Assembly (NCBI GenBank): GCA_965205505.1
Contig: CBDBHB010000004.1
Coordinates: forward strand, 18,206 to 82,205
Direction of reading: 5' to 3'
Origin: Acidobacteriota bacterium
GTDB taxonomy: Bacteria > Acidobacteriota > UBA890 > WLXD01
Length of the DNA: 64,000 nucleotides
Translations under genes and position numbers: made by a program
In this document: one piece after another, positions 53,057 through 62,705 of the stretch
Layout: each line of letters begins with the position of its first letter
Position numbering within the stretch: the stretch's first letter is position 1
Notes under the pieces: model-generated
Database searches by the model: none
Told to the model about the DNA's origin: nothing
The model's input: only the letters and a program-made list of their open reading frames with translations

Positions 53057-53574
53057 CCTCCTCCGGCGACAACGGCGCGCCATGCAGCATCAGCCAGGTC
53101 GAGACGAGCGCGATCATCCGCATTTTCGTCGATGCTGACGCCTGCCCGGTCAAGAACGAGGTGTACCGAGTGGCGCGCCGTTATCAGCTCCAGGTTCGAG
53201 TGGTGACCAACTCCTGGATCCGCATACCGGACGACGAAGCGTTCGACCTCATCGTCGTAGAGGGTCAGTTCGACGCCGCGGATGACTGGATCGTCGACAA
53301 CTGTGGCCCCGGCGACGTCGTCATCTGCGACGACATTCCGCTTGCCGCACGAACGCTGCAGCGCGGCGCCCGCGCACTCAGCCCGCGCGGCCGTCCGTTC
53401 ACCGAAGATTCCATCGGCGGCGCACTGGCTACGCGGGAGCTCATGTCGCAACTACGCGACATGGGAACGGTGACCGGCGGCCCGGCACCGTTCGCAAAAC
53501 GCCACCGATCGCAGTTCTTGCAGCAGCTCGACCAGACCGTTCAGGACCTACGCAAGCGAGGATCTCGCCGATGA
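53053..53574 (+). CDS. YaiI/YqxD (DUF188) protein
   Basis: 'IFVDADACPVK', 'DAADDWI', 'DIPLA'. Confidence 0.88.
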   Translation: MTSSGDNGAPCSISQVETSAIIRIFVDADACPVKNEVYRVARRYQLQVRVVTNSWIRIPDDEAFDLIVVEGQFDAADDWIVDNCGPGDVVICDDIPLAARTLQRGARALSPRGRPFTEDSIGGALATRELMSQLRDMGTVTGGPAPFAKRHRSQFLQQLDQTVQDLRKRGSRR

Positions 53575-53954
53575 ACCCCTTCAGTCACGTCGACCTGCGC
53601 GTCGACAGCATGGCGAAATGCCTACCGTTCTATGAGACGTTGTTGTCGAGGTTTGGCTTCGGGAGCCCCACCAACGACGGCGAATGGCAGATCTTCGTCG
53701 GCGACGGCGAGTACCCCAGCGTTGCCTTCTTCTCGATCATCGAAGAGGCGACACATCAGCCAAACGGCAACCGCATCGCGTTTTGGGCTGCGTCGCGTGA
53801 CGAGGTCGATGGCATCGGCGCGCTACTGCGCGAGATCGGCGCCAGGGTCGAGAGCGGCCCGCGGCTGTGCAGCGAATACAACAATGGTTACTACGCAGTT
53901 TTCTTCGAGGATCCGGCAGGAAACCTGCTCGAGGTCGTGCACCGAACGGAGTGA
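53571..53954 (+). CDS. VOC/glyoxalase-family protein
   Basis: 'HVDLRV', 'YYAVFFEDP.GN.LEV'. Confidence 0.85.
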   Translation: MNPFSHVDLRVDSMAKCLPFYETLLSRFGFGSPTNDGEWQIFVGDGEYPSVAFFSIIEEATHQPNGNRIAFWAASRDEVDGIGALLREIGARVESGPRLCSEYNNGYYAVFFEDPAGNLLEVVHRTE

Positions 53955-53957
53955 AAT

Positions 53958-54692
53958 ATGTCCACTGACGCGTCTGCGCTCACCAGCCCATCGCCGATCT
54001 CCGTGCTCTCGCCACGCAAGACCGCGGTGGGAGCGTCAATTGCCGCCTTGTTCCTGCTCGCGACGCCGGTCGGCGCGCAGGATGTCGACCCGCGACTCGA
54101 CGAGGCGATCCGCTGGTACACCGGCATGACCGGCACGGTCGACGACCACCGAGCCCGGGAGCTGCTGCTCGAAGCGCTCGAGGATCCCAATCCGATCAGC
54201 CGCATGTGGCTCGCCCGCTGCTACTCGCGCGGCCGCATGTTCTTCGAGCGCGACGATTCCCGCGCCGATCTGATCGCCGCCGAGGTGCTCGACGAGGTTG
54301 AGCGTCTGGCCCACGGCGGGGTCGCCGAGGCGGCCTTCCTCATGGGTACGGCCAACGACGAAGGCCTCGCCATGGAGGCCGACGCCGCCATGGCCGCCGC
54401 GTGGTTCCACCGCGCCGCCGACCAGGCTCATGTGCTGGCACAGCACAACCTCGGCAACGCCTACTACGGCGGCCGCGGCCTGCCGCAGAGCGACACGATG
54501 GCCGTCTACTGGTGGCTTCAGGCAGCCGAGCAGGGCGACGCCATACCGCAGCGCGAGCTCGCCTCCATGTTCGAGCAGGGGCGGGGTGTCGAAAAGGACC
54601 TGGCTGAGGCGGAGCGTTGGTATCGGGCGAGCGCCGAGAGGGGGAACACCCAGGCGCAAGAGGCCCTCGAGCGGCTGACCAGTCAGCGCTGA
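53958..54692 (+). CDS. Sel1-repeat protein
   Basis: 'AQHNLG..Y..G.G', 'W...AAEQG'. Confidence 0.85.
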   Translation: MSTDASALTSPSPISVLSPRKTAVGASIAALFLLATPVGAQDVDPRLDEAIRWYTGMTGTVDDHRARELLLEALEDPNPISRMWLARCYSRGRMFFERDDSRADLIAAEVLDEVERLAHGGVAEAAFLMGTANDEGLAMEADAAMAAAWFHRAADQAHVLAQHNLGNAYYGGRGLPQSDTMAVYWWLQAAEQGDAIPQRELASMFEQGRGVEKDLAEAERWYRASAERGNTQAQEALERLTSQR

Positions 54693-54838
54693 GCGGCCAG
54701 CCTCGTAGTCAGGCGATCTTGCACCGCCGCTCCGCCGACGATCGACGACCAGACCCATCGGAGCGCGGTGGAGGGCGCCATCGTACGATGGTCAACATCC
54801 GCATCTCGCCCGAGCATCTACCGCATTCTCACCGTGCC

Positions 54839-55765
54839 ATGGAGATCGTCCGACATCCCGATGCCGCCGCGTTTCTTCATCGGGCCGAAGTATGGCTGCG
54901 ACAGGCGGAGGCAGAAAATAACCTCATGCTCGGCATCGCCCGGGCGCTGATAAGCAGCGACCACCCATACCGGGATCCCATCTACCTGGCGACGGTCGAG
55001 GACGTCGGCAAGGTGTGTGGCTGCGCCTTTCGCACGCCGCCCTACAAGTTCGCGCTGACGCGCATGCCGCCGGCAGCGATCGACGCTCTGGTCGACAGCG
55101 TCGCCTCCCTGTATCCGTCGATACACGCGGTTGGCGGGCCGGAGCCTGCCGCAACCCGGTTCGCGCGAGCCTGGGCGTCGCGCCAGGGAATCGAGACCGA
55201 AGTGTCGATGCGCAACGGCATCTACGCTCTCGACACTGTCGTCCGCCCGTCGTCACCACCCGCCGGCTCGATTCGCCAAGCGTCGGGTGCCGACCTGGCG
55301 CGCTTGAGTCAGTGGGGACACCTCTTCGTCGAGGAGACCGGCGTAGAGCACCCAGACCCGGCCGGGCTGGCGGTTCGGCTCCTCGAGCAGGGATCGATGT
55401 ACGTATGGGAGGACGACTCTGTCACCTCGATGGCGGCGGCGATGGACCCCACGCCCACCGGTGTTCGCATCGGCTATGTCTACACGCCGCCAGAAGCACG
55501 CGGCCGAGGCTATGCTTCGATCCTCGTCGCCGAGCTCAGCCAGCTGTATCTCGACCGCGGCCGCAGCTTGTGCTTTCTGTACACCGACATGGCCAATCCG
55601 ACGTCGAACGCCATCTACCAGCGCATCGGCTATCGGCAGGTGTGCGAGGTCGTGGACATCGCCTTCCGTCAGCGCGCCATCTCTCACTGGTGCTTAATCA
55701 GAGCAATCGCTGGTCAACCCGATCGTTCACCGATCGCTGCGACCCATCCTCGGCTCAGTAGCTGA
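54839..55765 (+). CDS. GNAT-family acetyltransferase (two-domain)
   Basis: 'VYTPPE.RGRGYA', 'LYTD..NPTSN.IYQRIGY'. Confidence 0.85.
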   Translation: MEIVRHPDAAAFLHRAEVWLRQAEAENNLMLGIARALISSDHPYRDPIYLATVEDVGKVCGCAFRTPPYKFALTRMPPAAIDALVDSVASLYPSIHAVGGPEPAATRFARAWASRQGIETEVSMRNGIYALDTVVRPSSPPAGSIRQASGADLARLSQWGHLFVEETGVEHPDPAGLAVRLLEQGSMYVWEDDSVTSMAAAMDPTPTGVRIGYVYTPPEARGRGYASILVAELSQLYLDRGRSLCFLYTDMANPTSNAIYQRIGYRQVCEVVDIAFRQRAISHWCLIRAIAGQPDRSPIAATHPRLSS

Positions 55766-57501
55766 CCACTCCGATGCGCGTACCCCACTCGCATTCGTCG
55801 TCGAAGGTATCGACGTTCTTGTTGCTGTCCTCGGCGCTGAGGATGAACGACTTTCCGTCCGCAGGGTCGACGACGATGCTGCTGTAGTCGCCGCTGTGAT
55901 TCGTGTTGTTTCCGTCGACTCCCAGGACACAGCTGATGCCGCGGTCGCCCTTCTCGTAGATTGCGGCCTTGTCGAACTTGTTGTTTCCGGCCTTGCGACC
56001 GGTGAAGCCGATGCCAAGGTGCAGCGCCTTCCCGGCGATCTGGAAGACCGAGGCGATGTCCCCCTGTGTGTTCATCGCCACCGAAGGCGCCCACGCGTAC
56101 TTGTTCTTTCCGAGACCGAGGGTAGACTGCCTCGTGATAGTCGGCGTTTCGCCTCGAGTCGTGGAAAGCGACATCTCGACGATGCGCACGCAGCTCGCGG
56201 TTGCCTTACCGAACTTACAGCCAGTGGAGTGGGACGCGATCAACTGACCGCCCTGAATCACGGCTTCGAGCACGTTCTGGAAGCCAGTGCTGATCTGCGG
56301 CCGTTTCTTGTCCTTCTGCTGGGAGTCGGGCGGAATCGTGTAGATGTCGCCGGTCAGTTGCTCGAATGTCAGCGCCGGAGCGCGGTTCCCGGCCCGAGCG
56401 TCGCCGTCCAGCGTCCAGAAAACATATTGATCCGAGGCGGCGGCGCAGTCAAGCTGGCACTGCGTGCTAAGGAAGTGAGTCGCGCTGCCGGCGCTATCGT
56501 CGAGATGGAAGGCCGGTTGCACCGTTAAAGGCGTGTCGCCGTCGTTGTCGTCCGGTACCGCGAACTTCGATACCTTGAGGTTGGGGCACCCTCCGGCGTT
56601 GGCCGCGATAGCGTTCTTGTCGAAAGCGTAGATGTACGCTCTGGTGAAATCGCCGTCCGCCGTGAAGTCGAAGTTGTTCGCGCTGATCGCTGCCCACTCC
56701 GATCCCATTCCGAGCTGCGGGCGTCCGGCGCCGGACGGGCCCTTCTGCTTCCCTTTGAATCGGTAGGTGCACCAATCGCCGGACGCCCGCTCATCGGCGC
56801 TCGCGGACCTCAACAGGTTCCCGGGGGCGCTGGTGCGCGACACCGAGAGGTGTATCCAGGATGCCTTGGTGTCACTGTTGAATTGGCGACCGGTAAGGAA
56901 GAATCGCTCCGTGTCCGGATCGAAGTGGGTCTTCGTGATTGCCACGAACTGGTCTCCGTTGTCGTTGACCGGCTGTCCGTGATGGTCGTTCTGCGGCGCG
57001 ACGGTGCGGGCGCCACTGCCGCGAATTGATCAGGAGCAAAGCGGCGTTCACGGATTGGAGGATGTGCGTCTTCGACGCGGCTACGGCTGTATCGGGCGCG
57101 AACCAAACCCACAGCAAGTTATCGGTCTCGTTCATCGCTGTTTCCTGGGTCAGCCCTGTGAGTCTTTGGCGGATACCAGGCGCCCCGCTTCGTTCGTTCT
57201 GACTCGCTGCCTCGAGGATTCTTCCCTCAGGCAGGCGCGCGAATGTTGCAGCCCGCGATTTTATTCGCGCAATCTGCCGCGCCGACACAGGGTAGTGGTG
57301 GCGTTGCGATACGACGCGAATCGGCTTGGCTGCCTTTGGCTGTGCTCGTGTCTCCAAAGAAGGCGAGCTGAGATGAGGCCGTACGACAAATGTCTCCTCG
57401 GGCGCAAACCATCGACGGTGCGGTGAGCTCGGCTCGGTGTGAGTCGCGCCGACGCAGAGCCCCGAAACGGCGATCAAAGCAACGATTGGTCTTCCGCGCA
57501 T
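55755..57501 (-). pseudogene. Uncharacterised secreted protein, split by frameshift/deletion near 56950-57030
   Basis: A signal-peptide ORF (56872-57501) and a downstream ORF (55755-56945) overlap in different frames. RBS GGAGG upstream. Confidence 0.55.
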
Positions 57502-57551
57502 CGTCTACACCCTCCGTTTCGCCCGCCTGGGGTTGCGAGTCGCTGCCTGAC

Positions 57552-58762
57552 TGACCCAAACCCCGAAAACGGTGCCAGGTTGATGTTTAGGAAATCGGTG
57601 TACCGTCGTCCTCCAAGCAGGAGGACAGATGAAGCGGAAGAGGTACACGGACGAGCAGATCGCCTACGCGCTGCGGCAGGCACGCCGATCAAGGAGGTGT
57701 GTCGCAAGCTGGGCGTCAGCGAGCAGACGTTGTACACGTGGCGCCGCAAGTTCGCCGGGATGGGCGTGGCCGAACTTCGGGAGCAACGACAACTCCGCCA
57801 TGAGAACCGGAAGTTGAAGCAGCTGGTGGCAGATCTGAGCTTGGACAAGCACATGCTCCAGGAGGTGCTGTCAAAAAAGGTGTGAAGCCGGCGCGCAAGC
57901 GCGAGGTGGTGCGGTACCTGCAGGACGGGTTCCGTGTCAGTGAGCGTCGAGCGTGTCGGCTGATCGAGTTGTCGCGCACCAGCCATCGGTATCAGAGCAC
58001 AAGGACGGACGACCCCGTGCTGCGGCGTCGTCTTGGCGAGCTCGCCGCGGCGCGTCCGCGGTTCGGGTATCGGAGGTTGTGCGTGTTGCTACGCCGCGAG
58101 GGATGGGTAGTGAACCAGAAGCGCGTGTATCGGATCTATCGAGAGGAGGGGCTGGAGGTACGGACCAAAAAGCGACGGCGCAAGCGGGCGAGTCACATAC
58201 GGCTTGTGCTGCCGCCCGCAGAGCGGCCCAACGAGCGCTGGAGCATGGACTTCGTGACCGATCGGCTCGAGAGTGGCCGGCCGTTTCGGGTGCTGACGGT
58301 GGTCGATCAGTTTAGCCGTGAATGTCCGTTACTTGAGCCGGGCGTGTCGATGACCGGCAAGGCGGTGGCTGGAGCACTCGAGCGGCTGTCGTTTGCCGGG
58401 CCGTTGCCACGGGTCATCACCGTCGACAATGGCTCAGAATTCTACTCCCAGGCGATGGACTCCTGGGCGTACCGAAGAGGCGTGCAGTTGGAGTTCATTC
58501 GGCCGGGAAAGCCCGTGGAGAATGCGTTCATCGAGAGTTTCAACGGACGGCTTCGCGACGAATGCCTCAACGCCAACCTGTTCTTCTCGATCGATGACGC
58601 GCGCCGAAAACTGGAGGCTTGGAGGCTTGATTACAATACCCACAGACCACACAGCTCACTGAACGATCGAACTCCTACGGAGTTCGCCAGGGGCTGGCAA
58701 CCGGAGGCTTCGGAACACCGAATCCTAAACCTCTGACTGGTACTGATTTCGGGGTGGGGTCA
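57552..58762 (+). mobile_element. IS3-family element (IS407-like) with a frameshifted orfA
   Basis: IRs TGACCCAAACCCCGAAAACGGTGCCAG / CTGGTACTGATTTCGGGGTGGGGTCA. A6G slippery site at 57873-57879. OrfA 'MKRKRYTDEQIAYALRQA' shifts to 'TPIKEVCRKLG'. Confidence 0.9.
57882..58736 (+). CDS. IS3 transposase OrfB
   Basis: 'WSMDF', 'VDNGSEF', '[22 protein letters not shown]'. Confidence 0.9.
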   Translation: MKPARKREVVRYLQDGFRVSERRACRLIELSRTSHRYQSTRTDDPVLRRRLGELAAARPRFGYRRLCVLLRREGWVVNQKRVYRIYREEGLEVRTKKRRRKRASHIRLVLPPAERPNERWSMDFVTDRLESGRPFRVLTVVDQFSRECPLLEPGVSMTGKAVAGALERLSFAGPLPRVITVDNGSEFYSQAMDSWAYRRGVQLEFIRPGKPVENAFIESFNGRLRDECLNANLFFSIDDARRKLEAWRLDYNTHRPHSSLNDRTPTEFARGWQPEASEHRILNL

Positions 58763-58767
58763 ATGGT

Positions 58768-58814
58768 CCCAGATCGTGTGATTACATCTGGACCCGTTTT
58801 CGGGGGTCAGGTCA
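58768..58814 (-). mobile_element. Left-end stump of an isoform of the IS at 9834
   Basis: Its reverse complement matches 9834-9880 with four substitutions. Confidence 0.85.
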
Positions 58815-59186
58815 GAGGACGCGAGTGCTGATCTCACCCAACGGATCGGGGTCTATGTGGTGGCTGTGGCACTGCCCGTCTTTTCCGACAGTCTGGACGT
58901 CATCCGAGTCGTCGGTGCATGGGTCAATTCAGTGCTTGACGGTGTTGCGACCGCCCTGCAGGGCATGGCCGTCGCGTACGTACTGATGCAGGCCAAGGCC
59001 GTCCACGGTCGCCTCCGGGGCCTCCTGCGAGCATGCACCGCGCAGTCTGCGCATATCTGCGCATACCTGAGTATTGTTGTCCACAGGGGGGGCATCGAAA
59101 GTCAGGGCCGCCTCGCGCCCTGGTACATTTGTAAACAAACGAATCTGCGCGAAATTTCCCACACGATTCCCACAGCGATCCGACAC

Positions 59187-59495
59187 GTGCCGATCGAGCC
59201 AGAAAGCCTCCGCCGCGCGCGCTGGAACCAGCGGTATCGCCGGTGGCGCGCCGGGATCCTCCGGAGCGAGCCGCTGTGCCGTCCCTGCGCCGAAGCGGGC
59301 ATCACGGTCGCCGCCGAGCACATCGACCACATCGAGCCTGTGCACCTGGCGCCGGAGCGCTTCTGGGACCGCACCAACATCCAGCCGTTGTGCCGGGACT
59401 GCCACGAGCGCAAGCACCGCGCGGCAAGGGTCGCGCATTTGCCCAATTTAAAATGTCCCTTAGCCCAAATAATTACCATTCCACAACTCGTGTGA
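59187..59495 (+). CDS. Small HNH endonuclease (phage packaging-associated type)
   Basis: 'PLCRPC...IDHI.P...N.QPLCRDCH..K'. Start uncertain. Confidence 0.75.
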   Translation: MPIEPESLRRARWNQRYRRWRAGILRSEPLCRPCAEAGITVAAEHIDHIEPVHLAPERFWDRTNIQPLCRDCHERKHRAARVAHLPNLKCPLAQIITIPQLV

Positions 59496-59556
59496 GACAC
59501 GCTTATCCTAGTAGGCGATCAAATAGGCAACTATTCCTGTTCGCAGATTGGGGACC

Positions 59557-59679
59557 ATGCAGCCCCTTCCGCCGCTTGAATGTCTGCGCTTCTTCGAAGC
59601 CGCGGCCCGCCGCGAGAGCTTCGCCAAGGCGGCTGAGGAGCTCCACGTCACATCCTCGGCCGTTGCGCACCGCATCAAG
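59557..59679 (+). pseudogene. LysR (GcvA/AmpR-like) HTH fragment
   Basis: MQPLPPLECLRFFEAAARRESFAKAAEELHVTSSAVAHRIK, truncated just before the IS1-like element. Confidence 0.8.
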
Positions 59680-59735
59680 GACGGAAGGCCCGGCGGCCCA
59701 GTCGGTAGTGTCCTAATTTGAATCGGGGATCAGGC

Positions 59736-60035
59736 TTACGACCTATAATCACTTACGATCGCCGCCCGGACGGCCTTCGCAGGAGAATCAACCTGCTCCG
59801 TATGCAGTACAGCGTAAAAGCGGCGATTCTCGGAGCCCTCTACGGGCGACGACCACGCGTAGCAGATCGACGCTGAGGGATGGCCTGAGAGGCTGTAGAC
59901 GTGGACCGCGCCTTCCCACGCCACCTGGCCCTGGAACTCCTCGCGGACGGCTACAGCCTTCTGGTGCGAAGCGTGGCAGCCGTGCAGCCGTTCGACGTGG
60001 CGTTGCAACTCAGTCGTCGCTACTACTTCCGGCAT
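59736..60035 (-). CDS. Hypothetical passenger protein (99 aa)
   Basis: Clean ORF overlapping the upstream ORF's end and stopping just inside the IR. Confidence 0.65.
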   Translation of the reverse strand: MPEVVATTELQRHVERLHGCHASHQKAVAVREEFQGQVAWEGAVHVYSLSGHPSASICYAWSSPVEGSENRRFYAVLHTEQVDSPAKAVRAAIVSDYRS

Positions 60036-60765
60036 CCCCAGCCTCGGAATCCGAGATCAGCGAATCTCGCATCAGCTCGAGGTAGCCGGTAAGAATCTTA
60101 TGGTCCGCGCTGGTGAGGCTGACCGGAGTTCGCAAGGTCGCCAGCCGCTTACCCGGCAGCGGAATCGAGAGATCTCGCTCGGCCGCTTCTGCTTCCATGA
60201 CATTCTCCTGTCGATTCGGCTGCGGAGAGCCAGCGGAGGACTGTCCGAGCGTTGGTTCCTCTAGTTTATCTTCACCACCATTCGATTCTGGCTCGGGAGA
60301 GGTCAGATTAGCATACGAGATCGTTGCCCGAAACTGCTTGATGAAATCTTCGGCGCCGCTCGGAGGGAAGCTCTTGTCACGCTGCAAGTACAACTTGATA
60401 TCAGCGTCTGAAGGTAGCTTACCGGCGTACTTGCTCCACAGTTCCTGGTGGAGTATCGGATTCAAAGCTGCCCTACAGACAGCTTCGTCGCGTTCGGGAG
60501 AATCGGGCCGCTCATCCAGCACAATCTCGAGAGCCAAGGGGCTAAGTTTCGCGTCTTGGCCGCGCCTCTGGTCGATCAGTCCGAACTGACGCAACGCTCC
60601 GAATGCCACAAGCCCGTTGCTGCTCTTCGGCGAGTATCCCCAGTGCTGCAGAACGGTTTCCTTGGCGGAAGAATGATTGAGAATCTGCCTGTGAAGTGTC
60701 GTGGCCAGCTCCACTGCGCGCTCTAAGTCAATTGACGGCTTCCGAGGACTACGCGATTTCGCCAT
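60010..60765 (-). CDS. Hypothetical passenger protein (251 aa, possible winged-helix)
   Basis: RBS AGGAGG. Helical N-domain with 'GALRQFGLI' and an acidic linker. Confidence 0.7.
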   Translation of the reverse strand: MAKSRSPRKPSIDLERAVELATTLHRQILNHSSAKETVLQHWGYSPKSSNGLVAFGALRQFGLIDQRRGQDAKLSPLALEIVLDERPDSPERDEAVCRAALNPILHQELWSKYAGKLPSDADIKLYLQRDKSFPPSGAEDFIKQFRATISYANLTSPEPESNGGEDKLEEPTLGQSSAGSPQPNRQENVMEAEAAERDLSIPLPGKRLATLRTPVSLTSADHKILTGYLELMRDSLISDSEAGDAGSSSDD

Positions 60766-60818
60766 TCGATAGGCCCTCCTGTCGATGCTACACTTATCCT
60801 TCTATGGGACGCTGATAG

Positions 60819-60911
60819 CGGAAGGTGAGGGAATCGAACCCCTTCGCTGCGTCCACAGCGAGCCCTCCGGGTGTAAACCCCGTTACTGGACCATCCAATG
60901 GGTCACCTTCC
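60819..60911 (-). tRNA. Non-canonical 9/3 (or 8/4) allo-tRNA-like gene, long variable arm, apparent anticodon UUA
   Basis: Acceptor GGAAGGTGA/TCACCTTCC; D arm ATTGGA-TGG-TCCAGT; anticodon arm CGGG-GTTTACA-CCCG; variable arm TCGCTG/CAGCGA; T arm GGG-TTCGATT-CCC; G73; CCA not encoded. Confidence 0.75.
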
Positions 60912-60978
60912 GTTGTCCGTCCCACTCCTCGAACAGTTTTCGTATACGAATTAGGCTCGCGTACGAATATGCGCGAAC

Positions 60979-61044
60979 AGTCTCACGTTTAATCTCCCCC
61001 TAGTCAAGCGCGGGGTTGAGAAATAATCCGATATCTGCTAGATT
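60979..61044. promoter_or_regulatory. Divergent sigma70-like promoters between the tRNA and transposase A
   Basis: Plus strand TTGAGA-17-TAGATT (61016-61044). Minus strand TTGACT-17-GAGACT (61007-60979). Confidence 0.45.
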
Positions 61045-61068
61045 GTTCTCCATACTAAGGAGATCAAC

Positions 61069-61899
61069 ATGGCTAACGTCCTGAAGCGAGAGAAGCAAGA
61101 GGCGGTCATCCGGTGCTTGGTCGAGGGTTGCTCGATCCGAGCCACGGAGCGCATGACGGGCGTTCACCGCGACAGCGTCATGCGGTTGCTCGTCCGGGTC
61201 GGAAACGGCTGCGAGGCGGCGATGGATGACCGAATGCAGAACCTTCCCTGTGAGCAGATCCAGGTTGACGAGATCTGGGCTTACGTTGGCAAGAAGCAGC
61301 GCCACCTAAAGCCATCTGATGACCCGCGTCGCTTCGGTGACTTCTGGACGTTCGTTGCGCTGGACCCGGAATCGAAGATCGTCCCAGCCTTTCGCGTCGG
61401 CAAGCGCGACCTAGCAACCGCTACCGCGTTCATGGGCGATGTCGCTTCGCGCCTCGCCAACCGCGTGCAGCTTTCCTCCGACTCCCTGGCCGCCTACGTC
61501 GAAGCGACCGAGCAGGCATTCGGTCCGTACGTCGACTACGGTCAGATCGTAAAGTGCTATGAAGCCGAGCCAATCGGTCCGGGTAGGTACAGCCCGCCGC
61601 ACGTCACGAGCACCCGTCGCAGGGCGATCGTCGGCCAGCCAGCACCAGACAAGATCTGCACCAGCCACATCGAGCGGCAGAACCTGACCATGCGTATGAA
61701 CATGCGCCGCTTCACTCGCCTGACGAACGCGTTCAGCAAGAAGGTCGAGAACCTGCGCGCGGCCGTCTCGCTGCACTTCGCTCACTACAACTTCGTGCGC
61801 GTCCACCAGACTCTGCGAGTCACTCCCGCTATGGAAGCTGGCGTGACGGGCTCACTTTGGTCAATTGGTCGACTGATCGACGAAGCAGGTTCAAATTAG
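61069..61899 (+). CDS. IS1-family DDE transposase A (HTH plus DDE, no zinc finger)
   Basis: 'LVEGCSIRATER.TGV', 'QVDEIW', 'SDS', 'IERQNLTMR...RRFTR'. Stop codon lies inside the IRR. Confidence 0.88.
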   Translation: MANVLKREKQEAVIRCLVEGCSIRATERMTGVHRDSVMRLLVRVGNGCEAAMDDRMQNLPCEQIQVDEIWAYVGKKQRHLKPSDDPRRFGDFWTFVALDPESKIVPAFRVGKRDLATATAFMGDVASRLANRVQLSSDSLAAYVEATEQAFGPYVDYGQIVKCYEAEPIGPGRYSPPHVTSTRRRAIVGQPAPDKICTSHIERQNLTMRMNMRRFTRLTNAFSKKVENLRAAVSLHFAHYNFVRVHQTLRVTPAMEAGVTGSLWSIGRLIDEAGSN

Positions 61900-61935
61900 G
61901 ACACTACCGCCCGGTCGGTAGTGTCTCAGTTTAAT

Positions 61936-61983
61936 TTCCCAGGTTGACGCTTCATCGAGTTCCCAGGTTGACGCTTCATCGAG
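61936..61983 (+). repeat. Perfect 24-bp tandem duplication
   Basis: TTCCCAGGTTGACGCTTCATCGAG twice. Confidence 0.95.
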
Positions 61984-62073
61984 CGTCCCGTAGGCTGCGC
62001 GGCGCACATACACCAGCTAGCATGGCCCGGCGCCTATCGCCGGAACACTCACCATTACCAGGAGGCACCCCGA

Positions 62074-62446
62074 ATGGGACGCCGAATCCTCTGCGCAGTC
62101 ACTCTGGTCTGCGTCATCTTCTCGACTTCTGGATGCGCCACCATTCTGGCAAAGCAACCGGCCGTCTCCGCTAACTCAAACCCGGTAGGCGCACAGGTGC
62201 TTAGTTGATGGCCAGCTTGTCGGCAACACACCGATGCGTGTCGAGCTTGACCCGAAGAACGCCAAGTCGATCACCTTGCGCATGGAAGGCTGCGAAGACA
62301 TAACCGTTCCATTAACCCGCAGCACCGGCGCTGGCTGGGTTATCCTCGATATCCTGACGGGAGTCGTTCCGATCGTTATCGACGCGGTTACCGGAAAGTG
62401 GACCAGCTTGAACCCCAAGGACATCAACGCCCAGATGCGATGCTAG
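62074..62446 (+). pseudogene. PEGA-domain lipoprotein with a +1 frameshift near 62200
   Basis: RBS AGGAGG; 'SGCATI...SNPVGAQVL' then 'VDGQLVGNTP...ID.VTGKW'. Confidence 0.7.
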
Positions 62447-62705
62447 TGAAGAGCTAGTTGCTGGAGAAAGGGCGGGCGCTGTCGAGAAATCGCGCAGTGC
62501 CCGCCCTTATGTCTGTCACTTGGTGCGTATACGCTAGCGTATATACTCTCTCCACCACCACACCCACCCCATCCTAGGCCAAGGAGCACAACCCCTCGAT
62601 GTCGAAGACGAACGGTAGCGTAGGCAGAGCATTGAAGCGCGCTCCTTTGTCTTGAACACGATTTTCCCCTCGACGCACCCCCAAACCCACACCTACGGAG
62701 CATAG

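Larger units (their letters stand above)
59704..61908 (+). mobile_element. IS1-family (ISMhu11-like) passenger transposon A
   Basis: Perfect 19-bp IRs GGTAGTGTCCTAATTTGAA / TTCAAATTAGGACACTACC. Flanked by 8-bp GCCCAGTC and GCCCGGTC. Confidence 0.9.

Noticed and set aside
9834-58814. 49-kb composite transposon bounded by inward-facing IS3 left ends
   Set aside because: The outer flanks differ (GAAC vs GAGG) and the two ends are diverged isoforms.
58857-59495. Prophage or cos region around the HNH gene (G7 run at 59086)
   Set aside because: No terminase, portal or capsid genes are present. At most this is a small remnant, and the long N-terminal ORF extension looks spurious.
60819-60911. Selenocysteine tRNA (selC)
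   Set aside because: The look is Sec-like, but the loop has no UCA anticodon, the branch is 12 bp rather than 13 bp, and no selA/selB is nearby.
61936-61983. CRISPR array
   Set aside because: Two adjacent copies with no spacer and no cas genes. No array was seen anywhere in the window.
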